From an uncultured virus (IMG/VR IMGVR_UViG_2061766007_000638) (taxonomy: Duplodnaviria > Heunggongvirae > Uroviricota > Caudoviricetes): a stretch of 64,000 nucleotides of DNA. Location: the IMG/VR virus record IMGVR_UViG_2061766007_000638, one strand, 5' to 3'. Below are positions 21,671-31,236 of this stretch, one piece after another; the first letter of the stretch is position 1, and the number at the start of each line of letters is the position of its first letter. The translations under genes and the position numbers were made by a program. A model generated the notes under the pieces. That model saw only the letters and a list, made by a program, of their open reading frames with translations. It searched no databases and was not told where the DNA came from.

Positions 21671-22566
21671 CAGATAAAGAAAAATTTTTGGTGAAAGCCC
21701 GAGAATATATCGGCAAAAATGGCAATTACGTCTGCAATACAAAGTTACATCTCGGCTACATAACACATTGGTGTGCATACGCTGTTTCAGCGATAATGAA
21801 AGACTGCGGATTTATCGGCAAATACATAAAGTGCATTGAGGGCGGTGCAGGCACCGTTCCACGATATTCCGTTCCTGCCAAACTCGGAGAATGGTTCAAA
21901 AAAGGCACAAAAACACCTCAGTCAGGTGATTTGTTCTTTCTCAGATACAACGATTATCCATCACAGGATAAATATTTCTGTGACCATATCGGCATTGTCG
22001 AAGCTGTCAACGGCACCAAACTCACGACACTTGAAGGCAATGTTGACGGTAATAACAACGGCATCTGGGAGCAGACCTCCACTTTCAAGCGTAAAACACG
22101 TTATCTGAGTGAGTATTCTGTTTATGCTTTTTATAGACCGTTCTGGAAAGCCGAAACCAAAACTACAACTACCTCTGCCAAAAAAGACATTGAAATATAT
22201 CAGTTGAATTCCTCAAAGCAGGTTAATTACAGCGTGAAAGTAACATCAAGTAACGGTGTAAATATTCGTCAGGGAGCGGGCATTGGATACAAGGCACTTG
22301 GAGCAGTACCATACAATACAACTGTCAAAGTGACACGCTTTACTTCAGGCGGAAAATACAAATGGGGACTTGTTACATATAACAGTGTAACGGGCTGGAT
22401 AGCTCTCAACTATACCAAAAAGGTCGGAAAGACTGTTGAGGAGCTTGCAGTTGAAGTCATTCAGGGTAAATGGGGAAACGGCTCTGAACGTGAACGCAAA
22501 CTTACCGCTGCAGGATATGACTATCATGCTGTACAGAAAAAAGTAAATCAGATGTGCAAAAAGTAA
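21667..22566 (+). CDS. Endolysin allele 2, complete (CHAP, SH3b, CW_7/Cpl-7-like)
   Basis: WCAYAVS (Cys), DHIGIVE (His), EGN; VNIRQGAG; EVIQGKWGNGSER. Confidence 0.92.
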   Translation: MTDKEKFLVKAREYIGKNGNYVCNTKLHLGYITHWCAYAVSAIMKDCGFIGKYIKCIEGGAGTVPRYSVPAKLGEWFKKGTKTPQSGDLFFLRYNDYPSQDKYFCDHIGIVEAVNGTKLTTLEGNVDGNNNGIWEQTSTFKRKTRYLSEYSVYAFYRPFWKAETKTTTTSAKKDIEIYQLNSSKQVNYSVKVTSSNGVNIRQGAGIGYKALGAVPYNTTVKVTRFTSGGKYKWGLVTYNSVTGWIALNYTKKVGKTVEELAVEVIQGKWGNGSERERKLTAAGYDYHAVQKKVNQMCKK

Positions 22567-22572
22567 TGAATG

Positions 22573-22607
22573 AGAGTGAGGAATGAAAATTTCCTCACTC
22601 TTTTTTT
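22573..22607 (+). terminator. Rho-independent terminator after lysin
   Basis: AGAGTGAGGAA-loop-TTCCTCACTCT plus T run. Confidence 0.8.
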
Positions 22608-22828
22608 GAAATGAGGTGTTAAAGTGTCAGCAGGAAGAAGTTTTGTAACATATTTCAAGTCTGATTCGAGCGGATTTACAAAGGGTGTAAATGAAATGCA
22701 GGAAAAGCTGAAAGGCTTGAATACTGCATTGAAAAATAATCAAAAAGAACAAAAAGAGGCTTCTAAAAACATCACATCTGCCGAAAAGGAAATTGCAAAG
22801 ATTAACAAGCAGATTGAANNNNNNNNNN

Positions 22829-23486
22829 ATGGTTTAAAAAATCCGCCAATATGCCCCCTCAGCGTGGCGACTTGTTCTTTTTGCGTTACAACGATTATCC
22901 CAATGAAGATAAATATTTTTGTGACCATGTAGGCATAGTTGAAGATTTTAACGGTACAACGATTACAACTCTCGAAGGCAATGTTGACGGAAATAATGCA
23001 AACTGGGCGAAAACGTCTGTTTTTAGAAGAAAATGGCGTAATTTCAACGATTGGACAGTTTATGCATTTTACCGCCCGAACTGGCAGACCGAAACAAAAT
23101 CAACTTCAACTGCAACCAAAAAAGAAGTTGAAATATATCAGCTTAATTCCTCAAAAGTCGTTGATTATGCCGTAAAAGTTACCGCAACAGACGGCTTGAA
23201 TATAAGACAAGGTGCAGGAGTGAAATTCAATAAGCTCGGAGTAGTGCCGTACAACGCCGTTGTAAAAGTAACACGCTGGACATCAGGCGGTGCTTACAAG
23301 TGGGGACTTATCGAATATGACGGTATAAAAGGGTGGATTGCACTTGACTATACCGCTGAAATCGACATAGATAAACTTGCAGTTGAGGTAATTTTAGGCA
23401 AGTGGGGCAACGGTGAAGAACGTAAACAGCGACTTGGCATTCTCTATGATGATGTGCAGAATAGAGTAAATCAGATGTGTAAATAA
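22829..23486 (+). CDS. Endolysin allele 3 (N-terminus lost in gap)
   Basis: Same CHAP/SH3/CW_7 motifs. Confidence 0.85.
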
Positions 23487-23490
23487 TAAT

Positions 23491-23527
23491 ACCGCCTGCG
23501 AGGATTTTCAACGTCCTTGCAGGCGGT
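23491..23527. terminator. Hairpin terminator between lysin and att/integrase
   Basis: ACCGCCTGCGAGGA...TCCTTGCAGGCGGT inverted repeat. Confidence 0.75.
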
Positions 23528-23529
23528 TA

Positions 23530-23808
23530 TGTTTGTGTGAGCAATTTTGTTTTTATGCACACAAAAATTCACTCATGATTTATAAAGCACTGTTATAAAG
23601 CCACTTTATGCGAAATGTTCATCGGATAGCAGACACATGACGATTTTTTGAATAAAACGGCGGAAATACCGAAATAACAAGTGATAATGCAGATTTTATC
23701 AGGATTTTTATTAAAAAATATTTTAATTGTTTTAGGCATTTTTGAATGATTTTTAATGTTTTTTAACAGAAACTGCACATAAAAATGCACACGTTTTCTG
23801 CTGAAAAA
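23530..23808. other. Putative attP region
   Basis: AT-rich non-coding stretch between lysin and integrase 3' end, with direct repeats TGCACACAAAAATTCACTCA (23556-23575) and TGCACATAAAAATGCACACG (23774-23793). Confidence 0.6.
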
Positions 23809-25039
23809 TCAGCCTTGTTCTGTCAGGCTGTCAAAAAAATTGTTTATTTTGTCATCAACCATTTTCTTTTCATCTTCAAAGGTGAACTGATATATCTTAT
23901 CCATCGTGTTTATGTCATCCCAACCGCCACGCTCCATAGCATACTTTGAGGGAATACCCAAATACAGCATTATGGAAGCATTCAAATGTCGTAAGTCGTG
24001 CAGTCGAATGTCAGGAATATTATTCTTCCTGCAAATGGCATGGAGCTTGTTCCTCGTAACTTTCATTGTCACGGTCACGATCGGCGCGGATTTGTCACCG
24101 ACAACTAATTTTTTTGCAAGTGTCTGCGGAATGGTAAAATCACGTTTGCTTTCGGTTGTTTTTGTCTGTTTGCGTACCTTGTTGCCGTGTTCGTCAATTA
24201 CGACTGCCGTTTTGACATAGATTCTGCGTGTGTCAGGCTCATAATTGCCCCATGTCAGACCGACAATTTCGGACGCTCTCAAACCACCGCACATTGCCAA
24301 TAACAGCGGTATGGCATATTCATCAGGCTCTTGCACAATTAACTTGAAAAGCGTTATCGTTTCGGACAAAGNNNNNNNNNNCTACGACTGCCGTTTTGAC
24401 ATAAATTCTGCGTGTATCAGGCTCATAATTGCCCCACGTCAGACCGATAATTTCAGAGGCTCTCAGACCTCCGCACATGGCTAACAACAGCGGTATTGCA
24501 TATTCATCAGGCTCTTGCACAATCAACTTGAAAAGTGTTATCGTTTCGGCAAGTGTCAGCTTTTGGGCTTCAAATTTTTCTCTCTGCGGTAGTGTCAGTG
24601 CAGTCAAAGACAAATGCGGTGCATACATTTTCAGAACCGATTTGACAAGCGTAATTTCGTTCTGTATCGTTGTCGAGGATTTCGCATTCACCTCGGCATT
24701 GATGGCAGATTGAATATGATTTACCGTCAGTTTATTCATTTTCACATTCATAATTGACGGAAAAGCATTTCTTTGAATACACCTATAACCTGCAACGGTT
24801 GACGGTGAAAGCGTACCGCCTTTGAATTTGATATAGCCGTCAATACCCTCTGTAAGCGTCATTGCAGATGCGTCTTTTGCAATTTCCTTATGACGTGCTT
24901 TGAACTCTGCCGCCATGTATTCAGCCTCTTTCTTTGTAGGTGCAGTGAACGATTTGCGGATTTGCTTGCCGTTTTCATCAAGTCCCACAAAGACCTGTAC
25001 TCTCCAACTGCCAGACGGTAACTTTTTAGCTTTTGCCAT
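23809..25039 (-). CDS. int: Tyrosine integrase (two overlapping alleles joined at gap 24372-24381)
   Basis: AKKLPSGSWRVQV arm-binding domain; GLRASEI, RLHDLRH, GGW...IY catalytic motifs. Confidence 0.93.
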
Positions 25040-25052
25040 TGAAAAAACCTCC

Positions 25053-25175
25053 TTGCATTATTCAAATTTATGTGATACAATAACAAATGGAATGATTTTC
25101 TGAATTATAAACAATCTTTATTTTATCACAATTTTTGTCCCTGTCGGCAGGCTGAACCGGCAGGGGCTTTTTTTG
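25053..25175 (+). ncRNA. Putative antisense sRNA unit opposite the integrase leader
   Basis: TTGCAT-17-TACAAT with extended TG; terminator CCCTGTCGG...CCGGCAGGGG-T7 about 90 nt downstream; no ORF. Confidence 0.45.
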
Positions 25176-25372
25176 CTTTCAAAATATGCCCCATTTTCGA
25201 GTGTTTTTGTCGAGGGGTATAATTATACTCCCAAGCCGTTTGGAACGCATACAGCGGCTCTGTACGGCTTGTAGGAGCGTGTTAAAGCTATAAACGGATA
25301 CATCAAATATTTTGCTTGCAAAAGAGGGTGTGCCGCTGTCGGAATTGATGATGTTAAATATTTTTCGTTTCA

Positions 25373-26074
25373 TTATCTGGCACAATTACCGCAAAGAGTA
25401 TATCCATCTGCTTCAACCATTCTTTTAGCTTCATCAAGAGAATATGCTGATTTGGTAATATCAAGTCTTTTGTCAGCAGACATCCTTTTAACAGCGGCAC
25501 ATTCGTAAGTATGATATTTTTTGCTGTCGGTATTTAATATAAAATTGAAAGTATGTAATGTGGGTTCGGGTGCAGGCTGTACAGAACTTTCCACAATAGA
25601 GATTTTAGCCTTGCTTTCTTCAATGCTGCTTTCAATTACAGACGGTTCGGAGCTACTTTTATCAACAGATGTATCAACAGAACTTTCAATAATGCTTGGT
25701 GTTGAAATACTGCTTTCATCGTTGAGTGTTTCGAGAGCACCGGGGGTGGTTATAACTGTAATTACTCCTACGAGCATAATCAATCCAAAAAGTGACCCTG
25801 CAAAAATTACAATAATCTCAGTCAGCGACATTTTTCTTTTGTTTTTCGGTGTCTGTCCGGAATAATTGTTAATATCGACCATATCGTTTCCCTGTTTTTT
25901 GTTTTTTACTGTTTTGATTATCCATTTCGGAATATCCCAAAGCACAAATTTATAAATATAAAACCACCAACCTATAAACAACCAAAACAGAATCTTTTTC
26001 CATAATTTTTGCTCTTTTTTAGACATTTTGTGATGTTTTGTATTATTGCGTCTTCTTGTAGCCAAGTTTAACAC
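25373..26074 (-). CDS. Lysogeny-module membrane protein with C-terminal Ada-like metal-binding domain
   Basis: Two hydrophobic segments, Ser-rich linker, LNTDSKKYHTYEC...GYTLCGNC. Confidence 0.7.
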   Translation of the reverse strand: MLNLATRRRNNTKHHKMSKKEQKLWKKILFWLFIGWWFYIYKFVLWDIPKWIIKTVKNKKQGNDMVDINNYSGQTPKNKRKMSLTEIIVIFAGSLFGLIMLVGVITVITTPGALETLNDESSISTPSIIESSVDTSVDKSSSEPSVIESSIEESKAKISIVESSVQPAPEPTLHTFNFILNTDSKKYHTYECAAVKRMSADKRLDITKSAYSLDEAKRMVEADGYTLCGNCAR

Positions 26075-26080
26075 TACCTT

Positions 26081-26494
26081 TCATTTCTTATTCTTCATTT
26101 CATCTATTTGTGTAATAATCTTTGAACGATCTACCAAGTCAAGACTTTTTATCATATCAAAGAGTTGTTTATCATCGGAACTATCGGAAGTTGAATTATT
26201 ACGGTTTGTATTGATACTTATACTGTTGTTGCCTGTAAGGCTTGTTTGCTTGTTGTCGGTTACACTTATTCCTGTTTCATTGGGGTTATCGGTCATACCA
26301 AGCAAATAATCAGCGGAACATTCAAGATAATTAGCTATTTTTACTATTGTTTGAGTTCCCGTATCTTTACCGTTTGCCAACTTATTGACAATATTTTTAT
26401 CTACATCACAATCTGAAAGTACTTTTTTTACTGAAACACCTCGTATTTGTGATATTGATTTTATTCTTTCAGCGATAATTTGTGTATTTTCCAT
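26081..26494 (-). CDS. cI: CI-like repressor (XRE HTH)
   Basis: KIANYLECSADYLLGMTD; divergent from cro. Confidence 0.85.
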   Translation of the reverse strand: MENTQIIAERIKSISQIRGVSVKKVLSDCDVDKNIVNKLANGKDTGTQTIVKIANYLECSADYLLGMTDNPNETGISVTDNKQTSLTGNNSISINTNRNNSTSDSSDDKQLFDMIKSLDLVDRSKIITQIDEMKNKK

Positions 26495-26553
26495 AATAAC
26501 ACCTCCATATAATTGTTTATTGATACAAAATCCTTTTATTAGAGGATTGCTTC

Positions 26554-26582
26554 TTGACTTTCCTCTGATTAGAGTATATAAT
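26554..26582 (+). promoter_or_regulatory. Lytic promoter with overlapping operator
   Basis: TTGACT-17-TATAAT; related palindromes AATCCTTTTATTAGAGGATT (26529-26548) and TCCTCTGATTAGAG in the spacer. Confidence 0.75.
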
Positions 26583-26637
26583 ACAAGTAAACTTGTTGAA
26601 AAAGATACAGCAAGCCCAAGATAATATATTTATGGTA

Positions 26638-26666
26638 ATTATATAATATTTTTGTATCTATGTCAA
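26638..26666 (-). promoter_or_regulatory. Lysogenic promoter, convergent with the lytic promoter
   Basis: Minus strand TTGACA-17-TATAAT, perfect consensus. Confidence 0.75.
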
Positions 26667-26691
26667 CAAGTTTGCTTGTTATTTTACAAAA

Positions 26692-26931
26692 ATGAAAGGG
26701 GATAGAAAATTGTCACTTGCAGAAAATTTGAAAAATTTGCGTATCAGAAAACAGTTCTCACAGGCGGAACTTGCAAAACTTGTGGGAGTTTCTCAGCAAA
26801 CTATCAGTCAGGTAGAAACAAGCCAGATAAGCCTTAATGTTGAAACGGCTGTTGCTATTGCAAAGAAACTTGATACCACAGCGGAACAGCTTGTTGACGG
26901 GCAGACAGCGGAAAGGACAGATGAAGAATGA
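26692..26931 (+). CDS. cro: Cro-like XRE regulator
   Basis: SQAELAKLVGVSQQTISQVE HTH. Confidence 0.85.
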   Translation: MKGDRKLSLAENLKNLRIRKQFSQAELAKLVGVSQQTISQVETSQISLNVETAVAIAKKLDTTAEQLVDGQTAERTDEE

Positions 26932-27581
26932 AAGAGATTGTACCTAAAGACAGCTATGGTATATTTGCCGACAATAATGATACTGCAAGAGTGGACAGCA
27001 GATTTGTTGCTCAGTCCTTTGACAAAAGACACGATGATGTATTGAAGTCTATTCGTAATTTGGATTGTTCGGACGAGTTCCGACTCCGCAACTTTGCGGA
27101 GTCCTCCTACAAAAACGAACAAGGTAAAAGACAACCTTGCTATGCAATGACCAAAGACGGCTTTACATTTCTTGTCATGGGCTATCGTGGAAAGAAAGCC
27201 GCCAAGTTCAAGGAAATGTATATCAGGCGTTTCAATGAGATGGAACAGTACATCAAAACGCTTGTATCAGCGAGAAAAGAGTTTCCGCTGTTGACGGAAA
27301 GCATAAAGCTCCTGCATGACGAGCCTAAACCGTACCATTTCAGCAACGAGTGCGACATGATAAACAGGCTTGTTATAGGAATGTCGGCAAAGCAGTTCAG
27401 ACAGGAACACGGCATTGAGAAAAGCGGAAGTATCCGTCCATATCTGACAGACGAACAAATCAGACTGTTGGATATACTGCAAAAAGCTGATGTGGGCTTG
27501 CTGATAGCAGAACCCGACTTTGAAAAAAGAAAGCAGTATCTTCAAGATTACTTGCTGAAAATCAGACAAAAGACAGCATGA
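26928..27581 (+). CDS. rha: Rha family regulatory protein
   Basis: DSRFVA..FDKRHDDVLKSI, SYKNEQGK, TKDGFTFLVMGYRGKKA..FK..YI..FNEME. Confidence 0.92.
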   Translation: MKEIVPKDSYGIFADNNDTARVDSRFVAQSFDKRHDDVLKSIRNLDCSDEFRLRNFAESSYKNEQGKRQPCYAMTKDGFTFLVMGYRGKKAAKFKEMYIRRFNEMEQYIKTLVSARKEFPLLTESIKLLHDEPKPYHFSNECDMINRLVIGMSAKQFRQEHGIEKSGSIRPYLTDEQIRLLDILQKADVGLLIAEPDFEKRKQYLQDYLLKIRQKTA

Positions 27582-27940
27582 GGTGAGGGAATGGAACTGA
27601 AAGTGACTTGGAAAGACAGATGTGATATGCAGATGACAGCGTTGGTAAAAGCGTCAATGAATAGTTACGGCTGTGCGGAAGAACAAGCCTATGAAGCAGT
27701 ATTCAAGGCACTTTGCTCAACGGCAACGTATAAACTTGTAGATGAACTTCTGAGGAAAGATGATGGATAACAAGAAATACCGTATATGCCGTAAGTGCAA
27801 AGAGGTCTGGAACGTGTCTGTAAAATACAAGGGTGATAAACAATACATTTGCCCGATATGCAAATACGGGAATAAATGGGTAAAAAGAATCTGCATGAGG
27901 TGCTACTACGGCAAAGAAATTACATAAATATTGACCGGAG

Positions 27941-28198
27941 GTGGTATATATGCCGAAAAAGTGTAAAAATTCTCTATCAACGGTAACAGCGACTATCGCC
28001 TATTACATGGAATTGTCCGACATGACGAATAAAGAAGTTTGCCAAAAACTGATGATGTCGTTTCCGACGTGGATTGACAAGAAGAAAAACCCTGATAAAT
28101 TCACTTTGGGAGATTTGAACATACTTGCAAAGGTATTCGGCATTGACATAATGGTACTTGTCGGTGGACTTATCCCGAAAGAAGAAAGGAGCAGTTGA
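27941..28198 (+). CDS. HTH regulator
   Basis: KKKNPDKFTLGDL..LAKVFGI. Confidence 0.6.
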   Translation: MVYMPKKCKNSLSTVTATIAYYMELSDMTNKEVCQKLMMSFPTWIDKKKNPDKFTLGDLNILAKVFGIDIMVLVGGLIPKEERSS

Positions 28199-28545
28199 AA
28201 ATGACGGAAAGTGAAATCGTAAAGATGTGTGTTGTGCTGATACCGATTTTAGTAATGTTCGTGTCGGCTGTCATCGGCGGTATCATAGAGGAAATCGGCA
28301 ACTTTAAAAACAAGGACTGTTTTAAAGATGACGAAGCACAGGCACTTTTGAGGAAATGTCAGGGGGTGAAAAAATGAGCAAATCTGAGTTTAGAAGCAGA
28401 GTATATACAGACCGCCCGGAATATGCCGATTATCCCACAGAGGAAAAATTTCAGGCTATACAGGGCATAATGATTACTCACCTTAAAAGACACCCAAATG
28501 CTATATGTTCCTATTCGGGCGGNNNNNNNNNNAAAGGGTGAAGTC

Positions 28546-29244
28546 AGAATGATAATGACGAATACAAAGCAGTGTAAGTCATGCGTGTATGGGGAGTTCT
28601 GGGCAAGAATCGGCTGGGTATGCAAAAGGGCGTTTGATGCACAAAAAGATATTGTATATCAGGACAGAATTTCAAACCGCACCGAAAATAAATGTTTTGA
28701 CTATGAAAAGAGAGGTAAAAGAAAAATGAATGCGATTATCGTTGACAAAGACAAGAAAGAAGAAGTAAAAACAGTTGAAAAGCCCGTTGAGAGCGTTGAA
28801 AAGTCCGATGACAAGCCGAAAAAGCGTAAGTGGACAGACGAGGATATACAAACGCTGATACACTTCTACAACAAGGGTACAAAGGCAGTTGTTTTAGCGG
28901 ATATGTTCGGTGTAAGCAAAGAATATGTTTACAATAAGATTTGCGAGTTAAAGAAGTCTGAACAGTGGAAAGCCCGTTTCACCGACAGCGGAACTACTTC
29001 CAAAACGGAAACAGTTGCCGAGCCTGAAACGCCTGTTTCCGAAAAGAAAAAAGTCTATAAAGCAAGCGGTATCGGATTTATTGATGTAGCGGGCGGAATG
29101 ATGGCACTTGACGGAAAGGCTTTGACATTGGATATAAGCGACTTTCTCGAAAAAAGCGGTATGACGAACTTTTACGGAAAAGTCGAAATCAAAATTACCC
29201 CCATTCAGCCTACGGGAATGACAGTCAGCGTGGAGGAAGAATAA
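28546..29244 (+). CDS. Hypothetical DNA-binding protein (Cys motif plus HTH-like)
   Basis: CKSC; KWTDEDIQTL...LADMFGVS. Confidence 0.55.
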   Translation, partial: RMIMTNTKQCKSCVYGEFWARIGWVCKRAFDAQKDIVYQDRISNRTENKCFDYEKRGKRKMNAIIVDKDKKEEVKTVEKPVESVEKSDDKPKKRKWTDEDIQTLIHFYNKGTKAVVLADMFGVSKEYVYNKICELKKSEQWKARFTDSGTTSKTETVAEPETPVSEKKKVYKASGIGFIDVAGGMMALDGKALTLDISDFLEKSGMTNFYGKVEIKITPIQPTGMTVSVEEE

Positions 29245-29951
29245 TGCGGTATTTTACCAAAGCGGAACAATGCCGTAACCTGATGTATAAGCGTTCCATG
29301 CTTGCAGAGCTGAATTATTTTTCAATTCAGGAATATCTCAACGATATGCAGGAGATGTGCAGTAATATTCATTATGCTTTTGACGATGATGAAACACTTA
29401 TCAATGCCTTTGACGGAAACGAAGATGAAGCACATGAATTCAAGTTTTCTTTTTCAGACCTTGAATATGAAGCGGAACATCTTTGCGAAAAGTTTTATGA
29501 AATGTACGGTTACAGCGATGATCCGGAAAGAGAATTCAATGATATGACGGTATCGCTTATCGGAAAGTATTTTCAGCTTTTGGGCTTTGATTCTTACAGG
29601 GACGATTATTTTGCTTTTGATTATTTGTATTCAGAGGGAGTTGCTGTAGAGGAATCCCAAAAGAGAACCTTGCGGAAAACCAAAAAGCAAATGCTTGATG
29701 ATATAGGCTTGACAATGGCATTTCTTCTGAAATTCAGCGAATTGCAGTATCGGTATGAATCAATGAAAGCCACGTTTGATATTTTCCGTGATGAAAACAT
29801 TGCCGTTCTGAAACTCGTCAAAGACATTGACGACAAATACAAATCACTTTTTGACAAAAACGGGAAGTTAGATACATGGCACAAAGGAAAAGAAATCCGA
29901 GAGTTTGACAGAATGGTGCATGAACTTCCGGAGAAATATTGGGTAGAATAG
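29244..29951 (+). CDS. Hypothetical phage protein
   Basis: 235 aa coupled ORF. Confidence 0.7.
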   Translation: MRYFTKAEQCRNLMYKRSMLAELNYFSIQEYLNDMQEMCSNIHYAFDDDETLINAFDGNEDEAHEFKFSFSDLEYEAEHLCEKFYEMYGYSDDPEREFNDMTVSLIGKYFQLLGFDSYRDDYFAFDYLYSEGVAVEESQKRTLRKTKKQMLDDIGLTMAFLLKFSELQYRYESMKATFDIFRDENIAVLKLVKDIDDKYKSLFDKNGKLDTWHKGKEIREFDRMVHELPEKYWVE

Positions 29952-30339
29952 GAGAAACGACATGGACAATACAAAAGAAAAATCCGCTGTCGGTATGGGC
30001 GTACCGGCAACGGACAAAGAAAATCATACTACCGAAAGTATAACCGATAATTCCGAAAATATCAATAGTATTCTTGAAAAATTAACGGAACTTTTGCAGA
30101 TGACAAGGGCAGGAAAGAATATTGAAAGCATTGAACAGGCTGCGGAATATGCCATTATCCGTTATAAAGACTGGCATGAAGTTGATGTTCATATTGGCAG
30201 TGACAGCGGCATTGCCGCTATATACGATATTGTCAGAAAATTGATGTAAAAATATTTTCCGAAAGGCTGATAAATTCAACCTCAACAGGTAGATTTTGTT
30301 AGCTTTTTCGGTGCATTAGTGAAAGGAGATGCTTAAAAA

Positions 30340-31236
30340 ATGGAAGTAACCGTATTAAGCGACAAGAAAAAACAGGCGATTGAACTGAATGAGCAAATCA
30401 TATTCAAGGCACAGCTTGCACAGAAAAATTTGTATGATATGTGTGTCATGCTCAAACAAATGCGTGATGACAAGCTGTATAAAGAACTTGGATATGCAAA
30501 CTTTGAGGACTACTGCGAAAATGAAATAGGAATGAAACGCAGAAATGCTTATAACTACATTTCTGTTATTGAGAAAGTAGAAAATGTGCAAACGTTTGCA
30601 CATTTGGGAATGGGAAAACTTTCTTTGTTGGCGAGTCTGTCGGAAAGTCAGCAGGAAGAAATTCAGCAGAATGTCAACCTTGAAGAAACAAGCGTGCGTG
30701 AACTCAAAGCCGAAATCGCAAAACTCAAAGACGATAACGACAAAATCCGTTCTGCAAAAATCAGCATGGAAAGTGATTTGCTGTCGGTGAAGTCAAATAA
30801 CCGTTCCCTGCGTCATCAGCTTGACGATGCCGAAAAGAAAATTGCAGACCTTGAAAGCCGTCCCGTTGAAGTGGCGATTCAGGAAGATGAGGAAGGCAAA
30901 ATCGCAAAGGCTCTTGTCAAGCAGTTGGACAGACAGCTTTCCGAGGCAGACCAGAATCACGTTAATGAAGTGCAGAAAATCAGGCGTGAATATCAGAATC
31001 AGATCAATGAGTTAAGCCGTCAGCTTACGGAGATGACCGAACAGGCGGAACATAAGGAAATCATTGAAAAAGTCGATAATACAGCGGTCTTTGACGTATA
31101 TTTCAAGATGGTTGACAAAATTATTTACAGCATTCAGGCACATATTGCGAACGACATTGATGTCGGTAACAAAATGATTTATAACCATCAAATCAATGAA
31201 CTGATAAGGAGATTGGAAAAATGTTTGAAACAGTGA
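30340..31236 (+). CDS. DUF3102-like phage protein
   Basis: MRDDKLYKELGYANFEDYCENE; homologous to 53543-54544. Confidence 0.75.
   Translation: MEVTVLSDKKKQAIELNEQIIFKAQLAQKNLYDMCVMLKQMRDDKLYKELGYANFEDYCENEIGMKRRNAYNYISVIEKVENVQTFAHLGMGKLSLLASLSESQQEEIQQNVNLEETSVRELKAEIAKLKDDNDKIRSAKISMESDLLSVKSNNRSLRHQLDDAEKKIADLESRPVEVAIQEDEEGKIAKALVKQLDRQLSEADQNHVNEVQKIRREYQNQINELSRQLTEMTEQAEHKEIIEKVDNTAVFDVYFKMVDKIIYSIQAHIANDIDVGNKMIYNHQINELIRRLEKCLKQ

Noticed and set aside
23593..23790. 65-aa ORF in the att region
   Set aside because: AT-rich, no RBS, overlaps arm-like repeats; probably spurious.
23809..25039. Two integrases or a split integrase
   Set aside because: The overlapping region is duplicated across a 10-N gap; these are alleles of one gene.
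26607..26613. A further ACAGCAA element in the cI-cro leader
   Set aside because: No anticodon loop or matching closing stem; a 7-mer is expected several times by chance in 64 kb.
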